A stretch of 64,000 bases of DNA from Gemmatimonadales bacterium. GTDB taxonomy: Bacteria > Gemmatimonadota > Gemmatimonadetes > Gemmatimonadales > GWC2-71-9. Position numbers and translations under genes: made by a program. The notes beneath the pieces are model-generated. The model did no database searches and was not told the DNA's origin. It saw only the letters and a program-made list of their open reading frames with translations. The stretch is taken from assembly GCA_035538515.1 (NCBI GenBank), contig DATLKF010000018.1:69760-133759 (forward strand), written 5' to 3'. Shown one piece after another: positions 17,542 to 25,532 of the stretch (the first letter of the stretch is position 1; each line of letters begins with the position of its first letter).

Positions 17542-18884
17542 CGCGTATGGCGCGGAAGCGAATTTCGAGACGGAAATTCGTCGGCGACCTGGGCGCCGCT
17601 GCGGCGTTCACGATCGTCCCCCGCCACGTGCTGGGCCGAGGCTACCGGGCGCCCAGCGACAAGCTCAACGTGGCCTGCATCGGCGTGGGCGGCATGGGAC
17701 GCAACGACGTGAAGGGAATGGAAGGCGAGAACATCTACGCGCTGTGCGACGTAGACTGGAAGGCGGCGGAAGACGCGTTTCAGTCCTACCCGAAGGCCAA
17801 GCGATACAAGGACTACCGTGAGATGCTCGACCGCGAGTCGAAGAACATCGATGCGGTCACCGTCTCCACGCCGGATCACTCGCACACTGCCGCGGGCCTC
17901 TTGGCGATGAAAGCGGGCAAGCACACCTACATCCAGAAGCCGCTGGCGCGAACCATGGGCGAGGTGCGGGCGCTGGCCGACTCCGCGCGCGCCCATCCCA
18001 AGCTCATGACCCAGATGGGCAACCAGGGGCACGCCCGCGAAGGGACGCGCCTGATCCGCGAGTGGGTGGAGGCAGGCGCCATTGGGATCGTGCGCGAGGT
18101 GCATTTCTGGACCAACCGCCCAATCTGGCCCCAGGCGATCGACCGCCCGCTCGAGGAGTACTACGTTCCCGCCACCCTGGACTGGAACCTGTGGCTCGGC
18201 CCGGCTCCTGAGCGGCCATATCATCCGGCGTACGTGCCCTTCAAGTGGCGCGGGTTCTGGGACTTCGGCACCGGCGCCCTTGGCGACATGGCGTGTCACA
18301 TCATGGATGCCGCGTACTGGACGCTCGATCTCGGATTCCCGACGCGCATCGAACCCGAGTCCACACCGCTCTTCAAAGAGACCGCGCCTGCGGGTTCGCG
18401 CATCACTTATACGTTCGCCTCGAAGGGAGGCCGTCCGGAGGTGAAGGTGGTGTGGCGCGACGGCAGCCTCTATCCACCGCGGCCGCCGGAGGTAACCGAC
18501 GACGCACCCTGGCCCCAAGACCGCGGGGGCGGCCAATTGTGGATCGGCAGCGCCGGCAAGCTCACAGCGGCTACGTACGGCGACGATCCGAAGGTGCTCG
18601 ACCCCGCGAAGCAGGCCGAGCTCACGGCGCATCCCGTGCCCCAGAAGTACCCGCGCTCGCAAGGGGTGTACGCCGAGTGGATCGCGGCGTGCAAAGGTGG
18701 AACCGCCCCCGGCTCGACCTTCGACGGCCACGCCGGAGGGCTCACGTCCATGGTGCTGCTCGGCTGCCTGGCCGTGCGGTTGGGCCGGACGCTTGAGATC
18801 GACGCGGCGACAGGTCAGGTGACGAACCTGCGCGTTCCGGAGGAGTACATCCGGCCGACGTATCGGTCGGGGTGGAGCCTCTAG
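17538..18884 (+). CDS. Tat-exported Gfo/Idh/MocA-family oxidoreductase (GH109-like architecture)
   Basis: ATGA overlap with the upstream gene. It has the twin-arginine signal RISRRKFVGDLGAAAAF and the Rossmann start LNVACIGVGGMGRND. Confidence 0.85.
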   Translation: MTRMARKRISRRKFVGDLGAAAAFTIVPRHVLGRGYRAPSDKLNVACIGVGGMGRNDVKGMEGENIYALCDVDWKAAEDAFQSYPKAKRYKDYREMLDRESKNIDAVTVSTPDHSHTAAGLLAMKAGKHTYIQKPLARTMGEVRALADSARAHPKLMTQMGNQGHAREGTRLIREWVEAGAIGIVREVHFWTNRPIWPQAIDRPLEEYYVPATLDWNLWLGPAPERPYHPAYVPFKWRGFWDFGTGALGDMACHIMDAAYWTLDLGFPTRIEPESTPLFKETAPAGSRITYTFASKGGRPEVKVVWRDGSLYPPRPPEVTDDAPWPQDRGGGQLWIGSAGKLTAATYGDDPKVLDPAKQAELTAHPVPQKYPRSQGVYAEWIAACKGGTAPGSTFDGHAGGLTSMVLLGCLAVRLGRTLEIDAATGQVTNLRVPEEYIRPTYRSGWSL

Positions 18885-18897
18885 GCAGGTAAGGCTT

Positions 18898-18922
18898 GTG
18901 TAGGGGCGCGGCGCCCCTACAC
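18898..18922 (+). other. Perfect GC palindrome after the oxidoreductase gene (terminator-like, no T-run)
   Basis: gtgtaggggcgc-g-gcgcccctacac gives a 12-nt perfect inverted repeat, 14 nt after the stop at 18884. The taggggc/gcccta motif resembles one unit of the GGGCTAG family. Confidence 0.4.
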
Positions 18923-18976
18923 GTCCCGGCAACGCTAGATTGCTGCGATGCGTGCTCGCGACCGGGTGCGATACCT

Positions 18977-19672
18977 GTGGGCCTGAGCGACTCCCTCAAC
19001 CACAATCCGCTGTTGGCCCTCGTGACCCTGTTCGGCGCCGGTCTCGTTACCAGTCTCACGCCCTGCATCTACCCGATGATCCCGATCACGGCCGGCATCC
19101 TATCGGGGACGAGCACGGGCGTCCAATCACGGGCACGAACCGCCGGTCTTACGTTCACCTACGCGGTCGGCCTCGCACTTTTTTACGCGATCCTCGGCCT
19201 GGTCGCCGGGCTGTCGGGCTCGCTGTTCGGCACCGTGAGCGCGAGTCCCTGGGCACGCTTCGCGATCGGGAACCTGTTGCTCGTCTTTGGCCTTGCCATG
19301 CTCGGCGTGATCCCTGTTGCAGCCCCGCAGCGTCTTATGCAATGGGCGGGGGGGTTCCGTGGCGGGTCGTACCCGGCGGTGTTTCTACTCGGAGCGACGT
19401 CCGGGATTGTCGCGGCGCCGTGCGGCGCACCGGCGTTCGCGGCGGTTCTCACCTGGGTGGCGACGACGCGGAGCGGATTGCTCGGCTTCGTGTACTTATT
19501 CGTGTTCTCTTTGGGAATGACCGCGCTGCTCGTGGTGGTCGGGCTGTTCTCCGGGAGCCTCGCGGCGCTGCCCCGCTCCGGGCAGTGGATGGTGTGGATC
19601 AAAAAGCTCGCGGGCGTGGTGCTGCTGGGGACGGCGGAGTACTACTTCATTCAGATGGGAAAGGTGCTGTGA
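18977..19672 (+). CDS. ccdA: Cytochrome c biogenesis / thiol-disulfide electron transporter CcdA (DsbD family)
   Basis: LFGAGLVTSLTPCIYPMIPIT and a second conserved Cys segment IVAAPCGAP. The start was taken at the in-frame GTG 18977; the track ORF begins at 18896. Confidence 0.8.
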   Translation: MGLSDSLNHNPLLALVTLFGAGLVTSLTPCIYPMIPITAGILSGTSTGVQSRARTAGLTFTYAVGLALFYAILGLVAGLSGSLFGTVSASPWARFAIGNLLLVFGLAMLGVIPVAAPQRLMQWAGGFRGGSYPAVFLLGATSGIVAAPCGAPAFAAVLTWVATTRSGLLGFVYLFVFSLGMTALLVVVGLFSGSLAALPRSGQWMVWIKKLAGVVLLGTAEYYFIQMGKVL

Positions 19673-20163
19673 CGAAATACGCATGGGCAGTCAGTGTCGC
19701 GTTGCTCTGGCCGGCGGCGCTTGTCGCGCAGGATGTCGGGCTTCCGGTGGGATCTCAGGCTCCGGCGGTCTCCGTCAAAGATCTCGACGGCAAGAGCGTG
19801 GACTTGGGCAGCTACATCGGCAAGGGGCCAGTGCTGCTCGAGTTCTGGGCCACGTGGTGTCCGCTGTGCAACGCGCTCGAGCCGGCACTCAAAGACGCGC
19901 ACGCGCGGTACGGCAGCGCGGTGCGGTTCGTGGCGATCGGCGTGGGCGTGAACGAAACCCCGGCGTCGATCCGGCGCCACCTCGCGAGCCACCCTTTACC
20001 GTTCGCGGTGCTGTTCGACGCGAGCGGCGACGCGGTGCGGGCGTTCGCGGCTCCCACCACGTCGTACATTGTGGTGCTCGATAGGGCCGGGAAGGTCAGC
20101 TACACCGGGACCGGGTCCGACCAGGATGTCGCCTCCGCATTGGGGCGCGTCGCCAGTCGCTAG
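19669..20163 (+). CDS. Exported TlpA/ResA-like thioredoxin-fold thiol:disulfide oxidoreductase
   Basis: The GTG at 19669 overlaps the ccdA stop. It has the signal peptide VTKYAWAVSVALLWPAALVAQ and the active site EFWATWCPLCNA. Confidence 0.8.
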   Translation: MTKYAWAVSVALLWPAALVAQDVGLPVGSQAPAVSVKDLDGKSVDLGSYIGKGPVLLEFWATWCPLCNALEPALKDAHARYGSAVRFVAIGVGVNETPASIRRHLASHPLPFAVLFDASGDAVRAFAAPTTSYIVVLDRAGKVSYTGTGSDQDVASALGRVASR

Positions 20164-20173
20164 CGAACCTGTG

Positions 20174-20209
20174 CCCCAGCGCCACGTTCCCGTTGTGCAG
20201 GGATCCCTA
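20174..20209. mobile_element. Solo terminal fragment of the MITE-like element
   Basis: ccccagcgccacgttcccgttgtgcagggatcccta matches the outer roughly 35 nt of the element arms (ccccagccccacgttccccttgtgcagattccct). It lies in the convergent spacer between tlpA and the peroxiredoxin gene. Confidence 0.5.
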
Positions 20210-20213
20210 GAGA

Positions 20214-20813
20214 CTACTCTTCCCCCGCCTGAGGCGGCTTGGGCAGGATCCGATCGATCGCCGCCGCCAGGTCCTTGTACGACTGCGGGTCGATCTCGCG
20301 GAACGGCGTCATCCGGTAGGCGATCTTGCCGTCCGGTCCCACCACGAAAAGGGTCCGGTTGTCGAGCCCGTACTTCGCGTTGAACGCACCGTAGGTCTTC
20401 CCGACCGCGCTGCCCGAGTCGCTCGCGAACAGGATCGGCAGCTCGTCGTCCCGGGCCCACGCCGCGAGCGTGTCCGCGGCGTCCGCGCTGATGCCGATCG
20501 GCACCACGCCACGCCCGTCGTGAAACAGCTGTGCGTACTGATCACGGTACGCATGCATTTGGATCGTTCACCCCTTGGTGCGCGCCTTGTAGAAGAAGGC
20601 GAGCACGACCGTCTTGCCCTTGAAGTCGCTCAAGTGGATCGGCGCCTTGAGGGTGCCGTAGCGCGTCGCTCCCGGCAGCGTGAAGTCGGGGGCCACCGCC
20701 CCGACCTGGAGCGGCTCGGGCTCCTTGGGCGGGGCCGCCTGCTGGGCGTGCAGGCTCGGTACGGCGAACGCGGCCAGCAACGGCAGCGTACGTGCGGCGG
20801 TTGAGCGGCTCAT
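20214..20813 (-). CDS. Exported Bcp/PrxQ-type peroxiredoxin with in-frame TGA (probable selenocysteine) at the peroxidatic position
   Basis: The ATG at 20813 is preceded by agggag. The signal peptide is MSRSTAARTLPLLAAFAVPSLHA. The sequence reads ...FKGKTVVLAFFYKARTKG-TGA(20570-20568)-TIQMHAYRDQYAQL... in a single frame. It aligns with E. coli Bcp [28 protein letters not shown], so the TGA falls on the catalytic Cys. The track splits this gene into the tail of ORF 20568..21563 plus ORF 20214..20558. Confidence 0.75.
20532..20553 (-). promoter_or_regulatory. Candidate bacterial SECIS stem-loop
   Basis: On the mRNA the stem begins 14 nt after the UGA. It reads U-GCGUAC-CGUGAUCA-GUACGC-A, a 7-bp perfect stem with an 8-nt loop containing G/U. 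The loop G residues lie 23-25 nt from the UGA, within the range usually described for bSECIS. Confidence 0.5.
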
Positions 20814-20824
20814 AAAGCTCCCTT

Positions 20825-22429
20825 TCAGTCCTTGAGCGAGTGGTAGTTCACGTCGAGCACGCGCAGCCGCTCGAGATGGGTGGCGAGCCGGGCCGTGAAG
20901 TCGGTGAAGTCCCGCTCCGCCTTCGGCGTCCACAGGACTTCGGCGAGCGCGCACGCCCGCGGGAACGCCATGTATTCGACTCGCTTCGCATCGGGAATGT
21001 ACTCCGTCCACACCTGTCCTTGCGACCCCAGCACATGTCGCGCTTCGGCGTCGGTGAGCGCCGCCGGGACGGGCTCGTAGGAGTACACCGTATCGAGCGG
21101 CAAGTAGCCGCCGATCGCCAGCGGCTCGGCGGTTGTGTCGGCGGACTGATAATGATCGAAGTAGGTATGTGACCCGGGCGCCATCACGACGTCGTGCCCC
21201 GCTCGCGCCGCGGCGATGCCGCCGTCTTCTCCGCGCCACGACATCACGACGGCGTTGGGCGCCAGCCCGCCCTCGAGGATCTCGTCCCAGCCCACGAGCC
21301 GGCGACCGTGCGCCGTCAGGAACTCGTCCATGCGACGCGTGAAGTAGCTCTGCAGCTCGTCCTCGCTCTGCAAGCCCAGCTCGCGGATGCGGGCCTGCGC
21401 CAGCGCGCTCGCCTTCCACTGCTGCTTGGGCGCTTCGTCGCCTCCGATGTGGATCCAGGGGCCGGGGAACAGCGCCATCACTTCGGTGAGCACGTTCTGG
21501 TAGAAGCGAATCGTCGGCTCGCCGGGGTTGAGGATGTTCTCGTCCACACCCCAGGCGGTCCACACGGGCAAGGAATCCCCCGTGTTGCCGAGCTCGGGAT
21601 AGGCCGCAATCGCCGCTTGCGAGTGGCCGGGCATCTCGATCTCCGGCACGATCGTGACGAACCGTGCGTGCGCGTACGCCACGATCTCACGCACGTCGTC
21701 CTGACTGTAGAACCCACCGTGGGGCTGGCCGTCGAACTGCCACGTGGTCGAGTCCTCGTTCTTCCGGCCGAGGATCGTTTGACGGCGCCAGGCGCCCACC
21801 TGCGTGAGTCGCGGATACTGCTTGATCTCGATGCGCCACCCCTGGTCTTCCGTCAGGTGCCAGTGAAACCGGTTCATCTTATGGAGCGCCAGGAGATCGA
21901 TGTACTTCTTCACGAACTCCTTCGGCATAAAGTGCCGTCCCACGTCGAGGTGCATGCCGCGCCAGCTGAACCGCGGGTAGTCTTCGATGGACACAGCGGG
22001 GGCGCGCCACGCCACCCCGTCGACTTTCGCCTGCCGGAAGATCGCCGCTGGGAAGAGCTGGCGCAGTGTCTGGATCGCGTAAAACGCTCCCGCCGGCCGC
22101 CGCGCGCGGATCGTCACGCGACCCGGTCTCACCTCCAGCCGATAGCCTTCGTCGCCCAGCGCCGCTAGCGTGGAATCGAGGCGGATCGAGATCATCCGCG
22201 CCCCCGCGCGTGCCGTCGCCGCGACGGTCAGGCGGAACCCCGTGGCGGGGAAGAGATAGTCGGCGAGCGCCCAGCCGAGCTGGCGGCTCGCGGCGTCCGT
22301 CGTGATCACGGTCGCGCCGGTCAGCGAGAAGCTGCCGACCTGGGCCGTGAGTTTCACCGGGCGCGGGACGATAGTGAGCCCGGAGTCGACTGCCAAGGCC
22401 AGGGCCAGAGCCAGGGCCGCCGGCGTCAT
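20825..22429 (-). CDS. Beta-N-acetylhexosaminidase (GH20)
   Basis: It has the signal MTPAALALALALAV, then the GH20b and catalytic regions HLDVGRHFMPKEFVKKYIDLLALHKMNRFHWHLTEDQGWRIEI and HIGGDEA. The ATG at 22429 overlaps the upstream stop (ATGA). The first roughly 210 aa of track ORF 20825..23059 are out-of-frame overlap with the DPP-IV gene. Confidence 0.9.
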   Translation of the reverse strand: MTPAALALALALAVDSGLTIVPRPVKLTAQVGSFSLTGATVITTDAASRQLGWALADYLFPATGFRLTVAATARAGARMISIRLDSTLAALGDEGYRLEVRPGRVTIRARRPAGAFYAIQTLRQLFPAAIFRQAKVDGVAWRAPAVSIEDYPRFSWRGMHLDVGRHFMPKEFVKKYIDLLALHKMNRFHWHLTEDQGWRIEIKQYPRLTQVGAWRRQTILGRKNEDSTTWQFDGQPHGGFYSQDDVREIVAYAHARFVTIVPEIEMPGHSQAAIAAYPELGNTGDSLPVWTAWGVDENILNPGEPTIRFYQNVLTEVMALFPGPWIHIGGDEAPKQQWKASALAQARIRELGLQSEDELQSYFTRRMDEFLTAHGRRLVGWDEILEGGLAPNAVVMSWRGEDGGIAAARAGHDVVMAPGSHTYFDHYQSADTTAEPLAIGGYLPLDTVYSYEPVPAALTDAEARHVLGSQGQVWTEYIPDAKRVEYMAFPRACALAEVLWTPKAERDFTDFTARLATHLERLRVLDVNYHSLKD

Positions 22430-24702
22430 GCGCCGCCGCGTGAGCGAGGCCCGGGCGGCAAATGCTCCAGCAGATAGCGAGTCAGCAAGGAGAACACGTG
22501 CAGCGTGGTGCCCCGACCCTCGCAGATGCAATGGCTGCGATTGGGGTAGTCCATGAAATCCACCGGCTTGTCGAGCGCGATCAGGCGGTTGAGCAGGCGC
22601 TCGGAGCCCTGATAATGGACGTTGTCGTCCCCGGAGCCGTGCACGAGGAGCAAGTGGCCGCGCAGCCCCTCTGCGTGGCTGATGGCCGAAGCCGTGTCGT
22701 ACCTCGTGGCATTTTCTTGCGGTAGGCCCATGTAGCGTTCCTGATAAATCGTGTCGTACAGCCGCTCGTCGGGGACGGGAGCGACGCTCATCCCCACCTG
22801 GTAGACGTCGGGGTAGCGGAACAGCGCCTGGAGCGTACTCGAGCCGCCGCCGCTCCACCCCCAGATGCCCACTCGCGTGGGATCGAGGTAGGGCCGGGAC
22901 CGGGTCAGCGCGCGCACGGCGTCCGCCTGCTCCCGGCTCGACAGCACGCCGATCGCTCCATAGACCACCTTGCGCCAGGCCCGGCCTCGCGGTGCCGGCG
23001 TGCCGCGGTTGTCGACGCTCGCTACGATGTACCCCTGTTCTGCCAGCATCCGATGCCACAATCCCATGCCGCCCATCCAGCGGTCGAGCACCGTCTGTCC
23101 GGCGGGCTCCCCGTACACATACATCAGAAGCGGGTAGGTCTTCGTGGAATCGAAATCGCGCGGTCGCACCATCCAGCCGTCGAGCGTCGCACTATCGGAG
23201 AGCGTCACGCGGAAGAACTCGGTGGGCTGCTTCTCGAGCGGCGCGACGGCGGCGCGTAGCTGCTCATTCGCGACCACCGTGCGGACGACGGCGTGCGACG
23301 GCAGGCGGACGAGCTCCGTGATGGGCGGCGCATCGAACGTCGAATAGGTGTGCCACGCCCACCGCGCATCGGGCGAGACCTCGTACGAATGCGTGCCCGG
23401 TCGATCGGCGGGTGAAAGACGCTCGGCCTTCCCCGCGCCGTCGAGCCGTATGCGATACAGGTACCGCTGAGTCGCGTTGTCCGGGGAGGCCACGTAGTAC
23501 AACCACCCCCCCGGCTCGTCCACCGCGGCCACCTCGATCACGTCGAAGCGACCCGGCGTCACGAGACGCGCCGATTTCCCGTCGCGCGTGACTGAGTACA
23601 CGTGACGCCAGCCGTCCCGCTCGCTGAGCCAGATGAACTCTTTCCCGCCCCCGAGCCATTGCAAGTCGTCCACCACGTCCAGCCACGCGCTGTCCCGCTC
23701 CACCAGGACGGTGTGGACCGCGCCGCTCGCGGCGTCGGCGAGCAGCACGCGGTCGACGTTCTGCGCGCGGTTCATCCGCTGCAACACCAGCTCCTGGGAC
23801 CCGGCCCACTCGAGCCGGGGCAGATAGTTCTGGCGTGGATCGTCGGGCACGCGGAGCCAGGTGACCGGACCGCCGGCCGCGCCGACGACGCCGGCGGTCA
23901 CGCTCGAGTTGGTGGTTCCCGCCTTGGGGTACTGAACGGGAATGACGAATGGATAGAGGGAGTCCGTGTCGTTGACGAGCAGGAACTGGCCGACACCGGT
24001 CATGTCGAAACGCCAGAATGCGATTTTGGATCCGTCGGGCGACCATCGGAAGCCGTCGCGCAGGTCGAACTCCTCTTCGTAAACCCAGTCGGTCATGCCG
24101 TTCACGTGCAGCGAGTCGGCGTCCGCGGTGAGGCGTGTGATGTGGCCGTCAGAGAGGCGCTCGACGTACAGGTCCCCCTGCAGCACGTATGCGACGCGGT
24201 CTCCCGTGGGCGAGAACTTCGCGTACATGAGCGAGGACGGCGGGGCCTCCCCGCCCAGCTTGTGGAGTGTGCCCGCCGCGCGATCCAGCACCCAGTAGTC
24301 CCCGCGCGTGTTCTGGCGCCACACCCGCTGCGAGTTGGTGAACAGCAGGACTTTCGATGCGTCGCTCGACCAGATGTAGCCGTCGATGTCGAGGGGCGCC
24401 GACTCGCCTGCCGGTGTGAGCTGCCGAGCGGCGACGGCGATGGAGCGGGCACCCGTGGCCGTCTCATAACGGACGATCTCCGATGCGCCAGATCGATCGG
24501 CAGCCGGCTCGACGGTCGTGTACGCCGTTCCGCCGGCGATCCAGCGGGCCGGCCCGAAGTGTTGCGGCGCGAACTCACGCGAGCCGAACACACGTCGCAG
24601 CATGTCGCCGACGGAGGCGGGCAGCTGTGCCGCCAGGGGGGAAGGCGAGGCCCACGCCGCCGGCGCACCCGCGACAGCCAGGAGCAACATGACTCGACGC
24701 AT
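22426..24702 (-). CDS. Dipeptidyl-peptidase IV (S9B prolyl oligopeptidase family)
   Basis: It has the signal MRRVMLLLAVAGAPAAWA, a DPP-IV N-terminal beta-propeller region, the catalytic GIWGWSGGGS, and late Asp/His (GSGDDNVH). Confidence 0.9.
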   Translation of the reverse strand: MRRVMLLLAVAGAPAAWASPSPLAAQLPASVGDMLRRVFGSREFAPQHFGPARWIAGGTAYTTVEPAADRSGASEIVRYETATGARSIAVAARQLTPAGESAPLDIDGYIWSSDASKVLLFTNSQRVWRQNTRGDYWVLDRAAGTLHKLGGEAPPSSLMYAKFSPTGDRVAYVLQGDLYVERLSDGHITRLTADADSLHVNGMTDWVYEEEFDLRDGFRWSPDGSKIAFWRFDMTGVGQFLLVNDTDSLYPFVIPVQYPKAGTTNSSVTAGVVGAAGGPVTWLRVPDDPRQNYLPRLEWAGSQELVLQRMNRAQNVDRVLLADAASGAVHTVLVERDSAWLDVVDDLQWLGGGKEFIWLSERDGWRHVYSVTRDGKSARLVTPGRFDVIEVAAVDEPGGWLYYVASPDNATQRYLYRIRLDGAGKAERLSPADRPGTHSYEVSPDARWAWHTYSTFDAPPITELVRLPSHAVVRTVVANEQLRAAVAPLEKQPTEFFRVTLSDSATLDGWMVRPRDFDSTKTYPLLMYVYGEPAGQTVLDRWMGGMGLWHRMLAEQGYIVASVDNRGTPAPRGRAWRKVVYGAIGVLSSREQADAVRALTRSRPYLDPTRVGIWGWSGGGSSTLQALFRYPDVYQVGMSVAPVPDERLYDTIYQERYMGLPQENATRYDTASAISHAEGLRGHLLLVHGSGDDNVHYQGSERLLNRLIALDKPVDFMDYPNRSHCICEGRGTTLHVFSLLTRYLLEHLPPGPRSRGGA

Positions 24703-24709
24703 CACGCCC

Positions 24710-25477
24710 TCACTCGCGGTCGGGAAGCTCACGCAGCCAGATGTCGCGGTAGCGGACGGGATTGCCGTGGTCCTGCAGGAGCAGCGGAAGCTTGTCGGCG
24801 TGGCGCTCATAATGCGCGCGCCGGCCATGCACCGTCGCGCCGGTGATCACCGTGTTGTCCTGCACCAGCACGTCATTGTGGAAGACGGTCACGCGCGCCG
24901 AGTCGCGCACCGTGCCGTCGGCCGCGAAGCGAGGACGGTGAAAGACGATGTCGTACGTCTGCCATTGCCCCGGCGGCCGGCTCGCGTTTACGAGCGGCGG
25001 CGTCTGCCCGTAGACCGCCGCGGCCTGGCCGTCTGCGTAGGTGTCGTTGTGGTACGAATCGAGCACCTGGATCTCGTAGTGGCTCATCAAGAACACGCCG
25101 CTGTTGCCGCGCTCCTGGCCCTCTCCCTTGGCAGGGACGGGCGTCGCCCACTCGATGTGGAGCTGCACGTTCCCGAAGCCCCGTTGCGTGCTGATGGACC
25201 CCGCGCCCGGCGCGATTTCCGCGTAGCCCTCGCGCACGGTCCACTGGGCGGGCATGCCCTCCTGCGACCGCCATTGTGAGAGATCCTTGCCGTCGAACAA
25301 CACGATCGCATCGCTCGGCGGCGGCACGGCCGGGCGCTCTGGTCCGGGATCGACGACGGGCGGGCGGGGGCGGTCCACGGAATGAACGGGCCATTGTTGG
25401 GCGCTCATCGAGGTTGCCACGACAATTCCGAGGGTCGTTAACGTGGAACGCGGAAGTCGGAACGCGGAACAGGCCAC
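24710..25477 (-). CDS. Secreted DUF1080 (3-keto-disaccharide hydrolase-like) protein
   Basis: LFDGKDLSQWRS, GNSGVFLMSHYEIQVLDS and LLLQDHGNPVRYRDIWLREL are present. The start is uncertain. GTG 25477, in the loop of hairpin D, gives a 26-aa signal-like leader. ATG 25408 gives none. ATG 25543 would translate the whole hairpin. Confidence 0.75.
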   Translation of the reverse strand: MACSAFRLPRSTLTTLGIVVATSMSAQQWPVHSVDRPRPPVVDPGPERPAVPPPSDAIVLFDGKDLSQWRSQEGMPAQWTVREGYAEIAPGAGSISTQRGFGNVQLHIEWATPVPAKGEGQERGNSGVFLMSHYEIQVLDSYHNDTYADGQAAAVYGQTPPLVNASRPPGQWQTYDIVFHRPRFAADGTVRDSARVTVFHNDVLVQDNTVITGATVHGRRAHYERHADKLPLLLQDHGNPVRYRDIWLRELPDRE

Positions 25478-25532
25478 TCGGGCTTTGACCCTGGACCTGC
25501 TGTTCCGCGTTCCGCGTTCCGAATTCCGCGTT
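25440..25532. repeat. Hairpin of tandem 7-nt units (AACGCGG family), locus D
   Basis: The left arm aacgtggaacgcggaagtcggaacgcggaacag (25440-25472) faces the right arm ctgttccgcgttccgcgttccgaattccgcgtt (25500-25532). The TAA stop of the upstream Gfo gene is part of the first unit. Confidence 0.85.

Noticed and set aside
20568-20570. The TGA as a genuine stop separating two genes, or as a nonsense mutation.
   Set aside because: Neither half would be a complete thioredoxin-fold protein. The downstream half lacks its own SD and signal peptide. The codon falls exactly on the catalytic Cys, and a stem-loop follows at SECIS distance. A nonsense mutation of TGC/TGT cannot be fully excluded without reads or the sel genes.
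20568-21563. 331-aa ORF ending at the TGA at 20568.
   Set aside because: Only the last 81 codons (from ATG 20813) are real, forming the N-terminal part of the peroxiredoxin. The upstream 250 codons are antisense or out-of-frame overlap with the GH20 gene.
20825-23059. 744-aa version of the hexosaminidase ORF. Analogous over-long track ORFs are 47412..49640 (kbl), 48608..49912 (tdh), 55595..57463 (rlmI-like), 53862..55289, 40540..41886, 14896..15588 (argR), 18940..20163 (tlpA) and 44698..46035.
   Set aside because: In each case the N-terminal extension overlaps the upstream gene in another frame and is low-complexity. An internal start coincides with an ATGA/GTGA junction, an SD or the homologous N-terminus.
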